Shown: in pieces, positions 1-11,016 of the stretch
Position numbering within the stretch: position 1 is the first letter of the stretch
How the letters are laid out: every line of letters begins with the position of its first letter
Source of the DNA: Marsupella aquatica
Lineage: Eukaryota; Plantae; Marchantiophyta
Assembly: GCA_973895155.1 (NCBI GenBank)
Contig: OZ316899.1
Coordinates: forward strand, 7,257,241 to 7,321,240
Length of the DNA stretch: 64,000 nt
Reading direction: 5' to 3'
Notes under the pieces: model-generated
What the model saw: the letters and a program-made list of their open reading frames with translations, nothing else
Database searches by the model: none
Told to the model about the DNA's origin: nothing
Position numbers and translations under genes: made by a program

Positions 1-125
1 CGAACTCCTAGAAGACAAGGAGAAATATGTCAAACATCTGCACGACACTCGCGTAGAAAATAAAGTGAGCCGAAAAACTGTTGATTCATTACAAACAAAA
101 TGATGTCAAAACATCCTTTACAAAA

Positions 126-227
126 TGGCCTCTTTGGCGTGTAAACGGTCCCGCAAAAATGACTATCAGACCTCTGGCCTCTTTGGTGTGTAAATGATCC
201 CGCAAAAAATGACTATCAGATCTCTGG
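126..227. repeat. ~49-bp tandem duplication
   Basis: tggcctctttgg(c/t)gtgtaaa...gactatcaga occurs at 126 and again at 175. Confidence 0.85.
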
Positions 228-389
228 AGATAGTCGTATGAGCCATTTGAGCTCATCATCATTCGGAGTCAAAACATTGTCCAGATTTAAGAAAACAATC
301 TGATCCGCTAGAAACATAAGAGAACCTTAACTCAAAGTATGCGAACACATGTGGCCATGAAGGCAACAATTGTTTTTTTCCAATTCAAT

Positions 390-770
390 TCATCGCACTT
401 TGGTATCCAATTGTCTTTCCCTCTCTCGGCCATCGGCCAGCTCCTGGCGCAAGTCATGAACTTGACAATCTCGAAACTTCTCCATCTCAAGAGAAGCTTT
501 CATGGACTTTGCCGCTACATCGCAAGTAGTCAAATGTTGGATCTGTGCCCATCGATACTTTGCAAACATCTGCTCCCGCTCGTATTCTATTGCTTCCTTT
601 TCATCCTCCAACGCTTTTTGGAGAATGGAATTCTCCATCAAACTCATATCAAAAGCAGAAATACTTTTTTGCAACAATCCCTCAATCTTCTCAAAATCGT
701 CCTTGCGATGAGCGCCTTCCTCTAGAAAAGTTGAAAGAACAAAGTCACATGAACAATGTTTTGATTCCAA
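390..770 (-). CDS. Putative coiled-coil ORF, probably an accessory exon of the adjacent DNA transposon
   Basis: 126-aa E/K/R/L-rich ORF, divergent from the transposase and lying inside the zone of the element's dispersed palindromes. No family recognised. Confidence 0.3.
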   Translation of the reverse strand: MESKHCSCDFVLSTFLEEGAHRKDDFEKIEGLLQKSISAFDMSLMENSILQKALEDEKEAIEYEREQMFAKYRWAQIQHLTTCDVAAKSMKASLEMEKFRDCQVHDLRQELADGRERERQLDTKVR

Positions 771-1267
771 ATGGTACTACCTCCGAACGAGGATTTAACA
801 CTCTACAGAACCTGAGTTTCTACACGACAGTCACGTAGAAATCCATTGTCTTCCAAGATTGGAGAAACGGTCTACGCGAGACTCGCGTAGAATTGAACAG
901 GAAATTCTAAATTCTAACATAAAGGCTCTCAAATAGAGAGTATGGGTCGATGAAAGAGACCCACTCTACACGACTCTCGTGTAGAGCAGACTCAAGTTTA
1001 GCACAATCCATAGAAAATAGAGAAATGCAGGTCATAATTACCTTTGAGCTTCCTCAATGCAGCCAGAGCAAGTAAGCCGGCATCATTTTCTGCCAAAGAA
1101 GTTGTCATTGCCTTCGCACGTGCGAACTCCTCCACGACAATGTCAAGCACTGACCAGTTGAGCAAAAACAAATAGAAAACACAAATGATCCAAGGTCCGA
1201 GGCCCGAGGTCCTTTTATAGTCCGAGGCGAGCGTGAAAGAGCGTGAAACAATCTGAGGGCCGAGCGT

Positions 1268-1291
1268 GAGAGAGAGAGAGAGAGAGAGAGA
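1268..1291. repeat. (GA)n microsatellite
   Basis: Run of gagagaga. Confidence 0.9.
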
Positions 1292-1579
1292 GCAAGAGAG
1301 AGCGTGATTGACAGAGAAAGAGAATGAGAGCGACAGCGAGCTGGAAAGCAACATATACCCCTTGCGGTCGCAACAATGATTGCGGTCGCTACCCGGCCGC
1401 CAAACCTGACACTCGGGATCTGGTGGAGGACGTGTCACTAACATGGCAAACCACCACCCGCCGCCAAACCAATCTGCATTTATGGAAATGGCTGCTCACC
1501 ACACTCCACGCCGCCACAAAAAAGTACTACACGACAATCTGGTAGAGTTGAAAGTCTGAAATTCTCGCACCCCCACTCA

Positions 1580-2542
1580 CTATATAACGTGACAGACCAC
1601 TTCGTGCAAGTCATTGTTTGAGATCTGACTCATTCGTGCCTTCAGTCCGAGGTGGGACTTTTGTTAAAGCGTGCTCTGTTGTTTCAGGTACTGCTCCTGT
1701 CATTTTCAATTTTGTTTTAGTGATTGTGTCAGTATGTGAATGTATTTGCTTGAGTCTTTCCCATTGGGATGTCGTTTAACTGTACAAGTTTTAAGAGCCT
1801 ATTAATGTTTATTCAGTAGTAATCTCTATTGAATTTTGGACTTTTGATTGTCTACACGAGCCTCGTGTTGTTCCCTTCGTCTATCCAAATACAACTTTCA
1901 ATAGAAAGTTCCTCTAAAAAGAATTCTCATTTCAGAATATCCATCTCTGTGTAGAAGTTTTAAGAGCCTACTAGTGTGTATTCAGTCGTAATCTCTATTG
2001 AATATTGGACTTTGGATTGTCTACACGAGCCTCGTGTTGTTCCCCTCGTCTATCCAAATACAACTTTCAATAGAAAGTTCCTCTAAGAAGAATTCTCATT
2101 TCAGAATATCCATCTCTGTGTAGAAGTTTTAAGAGCCTACTAGTGTGTATTCAGTCGTAATCTCTATTGAATATTGGACTTTGGATTGTCTACACGAGCC
2201 TCGTGTTGTTCCCCTCGTCTATCCAAATACAACGTTCCATAGAAAGTTTCTCTAAGAAGAATACTCATTTCAGAATATCCATCTCTGTGTAGAAGTTTCA
2301 AGAGCCTACTATTGTGTATTCAGTAGTAATCTCTATTGAATTTTGGATGTTTGATTGTCTACACGAGTCTCGTGTTGTTCCCCTTGTCTAAGATACAATA
2401 GAATTTTCTCTTCATTGCTTGTTTAAACTGGAGGTGAATTTTCAGGTCTGTGATATTTGCTTACATTCGAGTTAGAGATTTTCACACGAGCCTCGTGTAG
2501 GATGTTTTAAAAGATGTTTTTGTTGTAATCTTTTTTCCTCAG
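1580..2542 (+). promoter_or_regulatory. Putative TATA box and 5'UTR intron of the Sola-like transposase gene
   Basis: ctatataac at ~1580; donor cag|GTactg at 1688; acceptor ttttttcctcAG at 2542, 7 nt before ATG 2550. Confidence 0.45.
1781..2390. repeat. 169-bp tandem repeat (~3.6 units), each carrying the ctacacgagcctcgtgt palindrome
   Basis: Marker aagttt(t/c)aagagccta recurs at ~1786, 1955, 2124 and 2293. Confidence 0.92.
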
Positions 2543-2549
2543 ATCCAAA

Positions 2550-5500
2550 ATGGCTTCAAGAACGCAGCTTCTACCTGGAGAAGTTGTTCACTTGCTTATC
2601 AATGAACAACCAGTTGCTGGTGGAAAGGTTTTTTGTGTTCTACCTTTCGACACCTGCCACTCTGTGTTGCTTGGAGCAGAACGGATAAGTGTGGCAGTGG
2701 ACAATGCTTTCTTTCACCTCGCACAGCTGCCGTATCCACATCCGGGAGCTGATCTAGTAGGAGAGTCGGTGAACTCCGTTGTTTTGTGGGATCGGCAAGA
2801 TGTCCGCCATGCAAATGACATGAATCTTGGAGGTCAAACAGAGTCAGCTTATGTCATTGATGACCCAGTTGACAATATTGAAGGTAATTCTGAATCAACC
2901 ACCGGACTGGAGGGGACAGAGGTTTTTGCGGAGGATCTGAAAGATCGTAGCACATGGTTCAAAAAGTTTGCCCTTCTCTATGCGGACGACGGAGAAACCT
3001 TGCTCGCAAGAGGTTGCATCATAAACCCACATCCTCTTGCGTCCATTAACAACGAGCGAGTTGGGGAAGATCATGTTGGTGTGAATATTTTGAGTCTAGC
3101 TATTGAAGCTGGCTTGGGAAAAGTTCTGTTCCCTCAATTTGTTGACGGATCACCATGCACAGTTCGATGGCCAATCAACAAAACTAGGATTGAGCCTGGA
3201 ATGGAATGTCTTAGTGATCTTTTAGATCGGAATGATGGTAACGATGAGGGAGTTAGAATTCTCTCATATATCAAGCCAAAAAGGGGCTATAACAATCAAC
3301 AAAGAAATCCTCAAGATTCAAACCAGAAGGAGAGAAACCGACTCGAGAAAAGATGCAATCAAAAGATGTCTCGGGTGTCCATAGATACTCTTTATCGGGT
3401 TGATTGTTGCTCACAGAGTTGTTGTCGACGACAACTCCGTGAGACCGTCACTGACATTAGGGAAGAGTACTATGGTCTATCGCATGTTGAGCAACATACT
3501 TACGTGCTCAATCATCTTCACTGTCGTGACGATGAAACCATCGCCTCAGGCATGATTGTATTCAAGGGAAGCAGGATCTGCAAGGAAGCTTTCTGGAATA
3601 TTCATGGATTTTCTCGAGGAACATTTTACACAATGTATTCACGATACATGGAGGGGGCAAAAGTTGGTGTTCATGGGAATGAAGGGACCATCAAGACCAA
3701 AGACTACGTTGTGTTGTTCACAGAATCAATTCGAAGTATCCTGCAGAAATGTGCAGAACCAATGCCACATCTTCACAAAATTGGTGTTTCAGGCAAGCAG
3801 GAAGTTGTTTTCAGGGTTCCAATAAGTTACGGGAGGAAAGATGTTTTTGAAGAGGCTTGCGAGCTTAACAAAAACCTGGGTATTCATTCGCCCTCTCTCC
3901 CAACCTTCTACAAGCTTTTGGATAAATATTTCCCCAATTTCCAATTCCAAGATCGGAGCAACTTTGCAAAATGCGATCTCTGCACGACCATTAAAGAAAC
4001 ACTTCGGGGGGAGAAACGGGTGGATAAGATTTTAGAAATCAAGGCAAAGCGCGAACGGCACATGTTGGAACAACAATCACGCAGGAGTATGTACTATGCA
4101 GCAAAACTTGCAGCGGACCAGGAGCCCGACAAATATTTGTCTGTGATTCACGATAAAATGGATCAAGCCAAGACCGAAATCCCTAAAATGACTTCTACAC
4201 TCAAGAGCCAAGGAGGCAAATCAATCCCGCTACCAATGACGCTGACGGGGATGTTAACGCATGGATGCACATTTTGCCCTTTCTGGTTTGTGGGCAAGCG
4301 ATCCTGATTTTACAGTCTCTTCGCTTGCAGAGTTATTTCGTGATCTCGAATCGTTTGTGGGAGATAAGACCGGCAATTTAGCTCTCAACACCTCTGACGT
4401 CACAGATCCAATCTTTGTATCCCTCTTGGATCGGCGTGCCTTTGAGGTAGGATACCTCGAAACCAAAAAGATCTCTCTCGCTCACTTCGCAGGGCTTGGT
4501 GATAATGTGCCACACGAGAATCGCGTAGAGTCTTCAACATCCCTACCCTTCAAGGCGCTTCCTCGACACCTCCACCTTCAACTTGATAACTCGGGAAAGG
4601 ATAACAAGAACCAGACAGTTCTGGCTTTCTGTAGCGAGCTTGTTCTAAAAGGAGTGTTTGAGTCAGTAACTCTTTCCTTTTTGATGGTCGGGCACACTCA
4701 TGAGGATGTGGATGCCTTCTTCTCTAGAGTGGGGATAAGGATCTACAATCGAGAGCTTACCACATTTTTTGGTTTAATGGCGGAGGTTTGGGAGTGCGAG
4801 AAGAAACATCCGGTTCCCAGGTTCATCCGCGAAGTTGCATCTTACAAAGCTTATGTAGGACCATTTGTCAAAAGGATCCAGGGTCAATCAGCACCTGTTC
4901 AATTCTTGTTCTCAATGAAGGAGAATGTCCCAGTCTACCAATATCGAGAGAAAATTGATACGCCTTGGCTACCTACAAAGGGTCAAACAATTTGGTTGTT
5001 TGACTCAGAGAGAAACCAATACAAATTTCCAATTGGAAGTCCATATTCCAAGCAGATGGAGTCTTCTCACAAGCGGGCGAATGACATTTTGGAGTACTTG
5101 ATCCATTATATCTCATGGCTGAAGATTGCATGGAAGGATGTTACATCGGAGGGATATCGTCTCCAAAGTCCAGAGATTCAATACTGGGAAAACATTGTTT
5201 CTGTGTTTCAGGATACACTTTGCTCTCCTTTGCTAGCAGGGGTAGATTATCCATTACTTGATGGATTCTGGCCTCGAACGAACCATGGAACTGGGTATCG
5301 TCAGTATGGTTAGAATGTGGATACCAACCCAAGCGAAGACAATGGGGTGATGCATAATCTGGAAAGAGAGCTTCAAGAAGATGAAGAAGAGAGGCAAACA
5401 ATCTTTGTTGGACACCCTTCTGAGCGTGAGAGGTCAAGATTTAGTCCTCTGGAAGATATTAAAAAGAATATATTTGTTATTATTCGACCCACCGATGAAT

Positions 5501-5844
5501 TTGAAACCAGAATTCCGCAACGATTTTGGCTTGCAAAAGCAATCGATTGTGTCGTAAGAGATACCGACAACGCGAATGTTGGAGAGTTCCAAGTTGAATG
5601 GTGGCGCCCTCTTAATCGCAACAGTTTGGCAACCGAATCAGAAAGATATCGGGACTGCTTTAATTCAAAGCAAACGTGGGAAAGGGATCCCAATTACCTC
5701 ATTCCCCCAGTCACGAATGATTGGATGCTTGCAACTTCAACCATCACCGGATGGACATCAAAAGCGAAAGCAAAGGTAAAAGTTCCAGCGAGAGTTTTGG
5801 AAAGTGTGAAGGTTTACATTACAGAAACGATTGAGGAGAACTAA
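2550..5844 (+). pseudogene. Sola-like DDE transposase with two N-terminal En/Spm-TNP1-like domains; disrupted
   Basis: Motifs FAKCDLC, HDKMDQAK, LTGMLTHG, HLQLDNSGKDNKN and FLMVGHTHEDVDAFFS. Frameshift at ~4265. In-frame TAG at 5311-5313, with ORF 5317-5844 continuing the same frame. Superfamily assignment is from motif memory. Confidence 0.75.
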
Positions 5845-5909
5845 TATCCTTAACTCGACGCGAGACTCGCGTGGAAGACAATTGGCGATGCATGACACGT
5901 CCTAATTGT

Positions 5910-6620
5910 TGGGTTGAGGATTGTGGGAGAACAATAGGTGAGGTTGGAGCTGGTTTTTTCCAGTCACTTTCCGCACAAGGCTCGTGTAGGCCGGATTACT
6001 TAGCTCGAGGATCATATTGAGCTTCAAAAAGTGAAAGGTGTGTACATTCACTGCAATGGCGCGCATGTCGACCTTTGGCTCGTGTCCGTTGTGTCCACAA
6101 TGATGGTTTGGTGCCGGATCACGAGATTTTTTTGGGATGAGCTCAATTTCCTCCGTTATTGAGGTTAAACTGACAGGTGTTTTTGTATCATAATTGTGCT
6201 ACACGAGGCTCGCGTAGGATGTCATAATCAACTTATGACTTGAAAATCCCGGATCTCATCACACAGACCCATATTCACACGTAATGTATTTTGTCGGGTT
6301 GAGGACTGTGGGAGAACAATAGGCGAGGTTGGAGCTGGTTGGTTCCAGTTACTTTCCGCACGAGGCTCGTATAGGCCGGACTACCCAGCTCTAGGATCAT
6401 TATGACCTTCAGAAAGTGAAAGATGTGTACTTGGACTGAATTTCACTTTCACTGCAATGGTGCGCATGTTGACCTATGGCTCGGGTCTGTTGTGGCCACA
6501 ATGATGGTGTGGTGCCCGGTCACGGGTTTTTGTATCATAATTGTGCCACACGATGCTCGCGTAGGATGTCTTAATGAACTTATGACTTGCAAATCCCAGA
6601 TCTCATCACACACACCCTTA
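5910..6620. repeat. Imperfect direct duplication, ~385-bp spacing
   Basis: gggttgagga(t/c)tgtgggagaacaatagg at ~5911 and ~6296; both units end in atctcatcacaca. Confidence 0.85.
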
Positions 6621-6773
6621 TTCGAGAGGCTTGTTTCTCTCCTTCAAGTTATGCTTTGTGATGAACTTCTGGCTCAGTCTCCAACATCTCTCTCCTTCTG
6701 ATCAAATCTTCCTTTTCCAAATTGAGCGTTTGACAACCATTTTGGATCGTGGTGATTTTCCTTAACTTTCATA

Positions 6774-7259
6774 ATGGCACCTGGGAGACGAGTGAGGAGT
6801 CCTTCGGCATTACATGCGGAGAAGAGTTCTAGAGCATTACAGGTAGAGAATGCAAATGAGGAGCGGTCCAACTTCTCTGTGTGCTCGAAGCCATCCAATA
6901 GTTTTGACTCTGGAGTTGCTGCAAGAACAGAAACCATTCCTCCTCTTGGCAACCAAACTGTGGTTAGTCATGACAAGACAAACGACCAGGCACCTGTTGC
7001 AGATGAGGTGGAGGAGGAACAGAAAGAGATAGAGAAGAAGCCGACAAAGGCCGCGGAGGGGCAACAAAAGAGGATCCGTCGGGAGGAATGTCGGAAGATG
7101 AGGCGTCGTTGGAAGAGGGATCATTTGGCTGAGTATTACGGACCTTTGAAGAAGAAACGAAGCTCCGAGAGAAGTCTGAAGGAATGGGCAAGGGAAGAAT
7201 TTCTAGATAGCGATAATGCAGACTCCGATGAGTGGATGCCATCATCCTGGAACGATTGA
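6774..7259 (+). CDS. Hypothetical charged, NLS-rich ORF, probably a transposon accessory ORF
   Basis: 161 aa with ATG start, basic clusters (RRRWKR, KKKR) and an acidic tail. No homology recognised. Confidence 0.3.
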   Translation: MAPGRRVRSPSALHAEKSSRALQVENANEERSNFSVCSKPSNSFDSGVAARTETIPPLGNQTVVSHDKTNDQAPVADEVEEEQKEIEKKPTKAAEGQQKRIRREECRKMRRRWKRDHLAEYYGPLKKKRSSERSLKEWAREEFLDSDNADSDEWMPSSWND

Positions 7260-9964
7260 ATGAGGCATTCTGGAGTCAGCTCTCGGGAAGTGTTTTGGAG
7301 CTATTTTTTGTTCGGATGCGATCATCGCGTAGGAATTTGTTAGTTGATCGTGCATCATGTTTAGGTGTGAACAGAAAGTGCTTGCATTTTCCGCCTTAGT
7401 GTTTTCCGCTTGGGAGGCTTTGGTGTTTCTGAGCATGGGTGGTTGATATATTTCAGGGATGCCTACGCCGACATCAACCAGAATTTTTGTTAGGCACATA
7501 TGTTTCCTATGAATATACCAAGCTTATCTTTATGTGTACAAATGTGGAATGTTGTTTTGTTATGCAAATAGGATGTTGGTGCTCTTTCATTTGCAATCCC
7601 CTTGTTCTTTGCCCTTCTATTTCTGGAGCGACTTGGTCTTCGGCAGAGAGGAGCCTCTTTTCACACGACGCTTCTCCCTCTACGTGTGGGATGGGAGGAG
7701 AGAGTATAGAGACCCTTTGTTCTCACGATGCCTTCTCCTATTGCGTGTGTTGGTGGAGGAGAGTGGCTTGCGCTCGAGTGCGGATGAACAGCTTGTGCAA
7801 AGTCCTCCGTCTATCATACTCCTCCCTCACAACAAGACATGTAGAATTCTTGTATGCATCATTCTAGGCATCGATAAAGCTTGCAAAACTGCTTGCTAAA
7901 CTATATGCTCCTCTGGATTGTTACACTTGGTCCCGCCCACTTTTTATGATCATATGTTACTCTTCATTGAAGCTTTGAGTGCACCTATTGTTCCGTCGTG
8001 CCCCTTAGGTGTCAGGGCGACTCTTGTTGTTGAGCTTTTACTCTTTACTCTTGTGCGACTCTCTGGCCCTCGTCTTTTTGGGGCTTTTAGGGGTATGTTG
8101 TGCATGTTCTTTGTTGTGTGTGAGGCTACTTGTTCCCCCTTGTCGTGTGGGTTTTCGTGGCTGGTCTCTATCTATTAAAAAACTCATTGGGATGAAGTTA
8201 ACAACGTGTGAACCTAAGCCCCTTTTCTTATGTTATGTCTCAAAAGTTTGTACCAAATCACAACTTGAAGTTTCCAAAATTGGTGCTGAAGTATCCAGAA
8301 GAAAATTGGAATTGTTCAGAACCCTTATTTAAAACTCAAAAACTATGTTTTCAAATTTCTAAAAAGTAACATTCAATTTTCCAAAAGTACACTATCAAAA
8401 TTCCAAGTGGACTATAATATTCCAGAGTTAGTGAAAGTATTGATCAACGTATCCATTCGTCTTGAACTTGGAGACAAGATTGTCGATAGCTCCCAATTGC
8501 ACCTGGAGCGACCTCACCAAGTCCATGTTCATGAGTCAACAAAGTGGAATCCTAGGAGGTTCTTGCATGTCCCCCTTTCGTTCAACCCAAACAAAAGAGA
8601 GTGACGAGCAAGCACCTTGGAGAATGCATCCGGAATTTTGCTGCCTCCCATCGGAACACCGTGTGTGTCTTGAGACATGACTGCTCTTCTCGGTGTTTTC
8701 AGGCATGTGAAAAGAATTTGCCTCTCTACTATCGACCGAGTCACTCATCTGCTTGAGTTTGTAGTCTGTAGAGAGGAGGCGGAGAAAGAAGTTTGGGAGC
8801 GCGGCGAAGAAGAATGATCCATTGGTTCACCACTGGGCTTGATACCCCTGCAAAATTTTGCACGACTACTCCAAAGAGTGACCGCCATTGGGTACGGATG
8901 ACACTCCACGTACAAAAACACCGTACCAGCCTCCGCACCTCGACTGACCAAGCCGTGCAAAGTACAATGGAACGTTTGTAATACCGTCATCCGTTTCTAA
9001 ACGGGATATAATACTATCATTCGTATCGAAAGCAACCGGATTTTGGAACGTGTCATACGGTAATAGGAACAATACACAACGGTAATTAGTCGTACCAACG
9101 GATTCATTAACGACAATGTCTACTTAATTACAGATGGTTTAACGGAACCTAGCCTGAATGCACGGATGTTCCACGACAAATTTGGAACATTTTAGAACAC
9201 ATAAGGCGAACATTTGACAATTCAAGTTCAAGTTACCGTTAAACGGTAACTTTTGGTAGCAACCCTCGCTATCAAAACTACTCCATATTTATATCAATGA
9301 GATGAAGCCAACAACATGGTTAAATTTAGGTCAAATGACCTCCAGAACTAGATGTTAGAAACTCTAATTTTTGATAGCAAAGGTCGCTATCAAAAGACGT
9401 TATCACTTTCTCTAAATTTATAGGATATTTCAGTGATATGAGGTTCAATATGAATATTGTTAAGAATAGTTAATGGTAGCGATGATCGCTAGCAAAAGTT
9501 ATTGTTCTTTATTACCGTTGTATACCCATTGGAAGAATCTATCCGTTACTGTAAGTGTAAATTGATGACAGAGAATCCGATGGATATGTACGGTTGGTCG
9601 GCTTTCTTTGGGGTCATCGGTCGGGTTAAGGTTTGTTGGTCGGCCGTCTATGAAGGTTCCTGGCATTTTCCGCCTATCTTACGTTCTCCATGGAGGGTAG
9701 GTCCACACCTTGAGGGGTAAACTATTTGAGATGTCTATTCCATGATCGGTGATTCAATTGGTGATTTGCTTGATCTCGGTGATTCACTCGCTCTCGGTCT
9801 ATTCAGGGTTTAGGGCTCGCCCTCTGTGATTCTTGTCTCTCGCTCTCGGGAATTCAATCACAATCTCTCTTGGTGCTATAGGCGCTCGATCTCGGTGATA
9901 CCAGATGCCTACTATCGGTGATTCTCTCGTTGATTCTCCAGGAGCTCTGTGATATCTCTTACTT

Positions 9965-10471
9965 GTGTCACTATCATCTTTGCTCATGGACGGTATGGAG
10001 AGGATGATGCCCGATAATGGGAAGCGTCCCATTGTAGAGGAAGAGGAGACCACGGAGCAAGAGTCTGAGACGTATGTTTCTACCACTTTGGTCATCCGAA
10101 ATAGGAATAGCCTCCCACCAAATGAGGGAATGAGTCCAGGGGAGAGGAACATTCCATGGCTCAGGGATGAGCCCGCTCTTCCGTTCAAAGATCAGTTCTT
10201 CTTCCATGTTCGGTCCGATCCTACCACAATTTGGCCCCGTCATCTAGAGCTTCAAAAGCACGAGGTGTTGGGATCTCCTGATTTCCAAGATTCAAATTTT
10301 GCGAGCGGGAGCAGCCGAAGGCATGTCTACAGAGCCCCAAGTCGAACATTTAGTCAGAGGAGGGAGCATGGTTTCACCCAAGACATATACCGTCGAGCAG
10401 CTGGTGTCTCGGACGAAGAGATGTCTTCTAATTTGGCAAAGTCCCATCCTGATCTTGACCAGAAGGAGTAG
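9965..10471 (+). CDS. Hypothetical ORF upstream of the MULE transposase
   Basis: 168-aa ORF lying between MULE-associated palindromes (9250-10560). No family recognised. Confidence 0.25.
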   Translation: MSLSSLLMDGMERMMPDNGKRPIVEEEETTEQESETYVSTTLVIRNRNSLPPNEGMSPGERNIPWLRDEPALPFKDQFFFHVRSDPTTIWPRHLELQKHEVLGSPDFQDSNFASGSSRRHVYRAPSRTFSQRREHGFTQDIYRRAAGVSDEEMSSNLAKSHPDLDQKE

Positions 10472-11016
10472 GATCAATACTGGCAGATTCTTCATCTCTA
10501 GTGAGGCATAGTTTAGGTTAAGATACTGTGACAATTTTGGTAGCGATCTTTGCTAGCATCCAGTGTATGTTTTTTCCACGAAATATATAAAGAGTTTTAA
10601 ATTAACTTGTCTTTGTGTATCAATTGGACATCCTAACGAATACAAAACAAACGACAAAATATTTAATGCCACGGTTGTTACCGTTTCAAAATCTAAGAGT
10701 CATTCGAGGTTTCAACGGACAACGATTACCAATTTAGGGTTGAGGAACACCCCTTTCATTCTGTGACATTGTCCGACATTTCCATTGCACTCAATGTACG
10801 TTTTCCAAATGGCATCCCAAATCAGAATTGTGCGGGAGTCTACTGGAGATGTGATATTTCTTCTTGTTTTTTCATTGACTGGAGAGCAAATCGTGAGTGA
10901 AACTTATCTAGGTCAATGACTTGGATGTGAGGGGCCATTCATCCAAGATGTACTCAAGAGGAGGGAGGATCCATTTTGAGTCCTGCCCGGATTGAGCCTT
11001 CGAGTGTCCATAGCAT

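Noticed and set aside
1781-2390. CRISPR-like array of spaced palindromes
   Set aside because: The intervening sequences are near-identical, so this is a tandem repeat; no cas genes; eukaryotic TE context.
7439-9072. Short overlapping ORFs as host genes
   Set aside because: No recognisable motifs or coherent exon structure.
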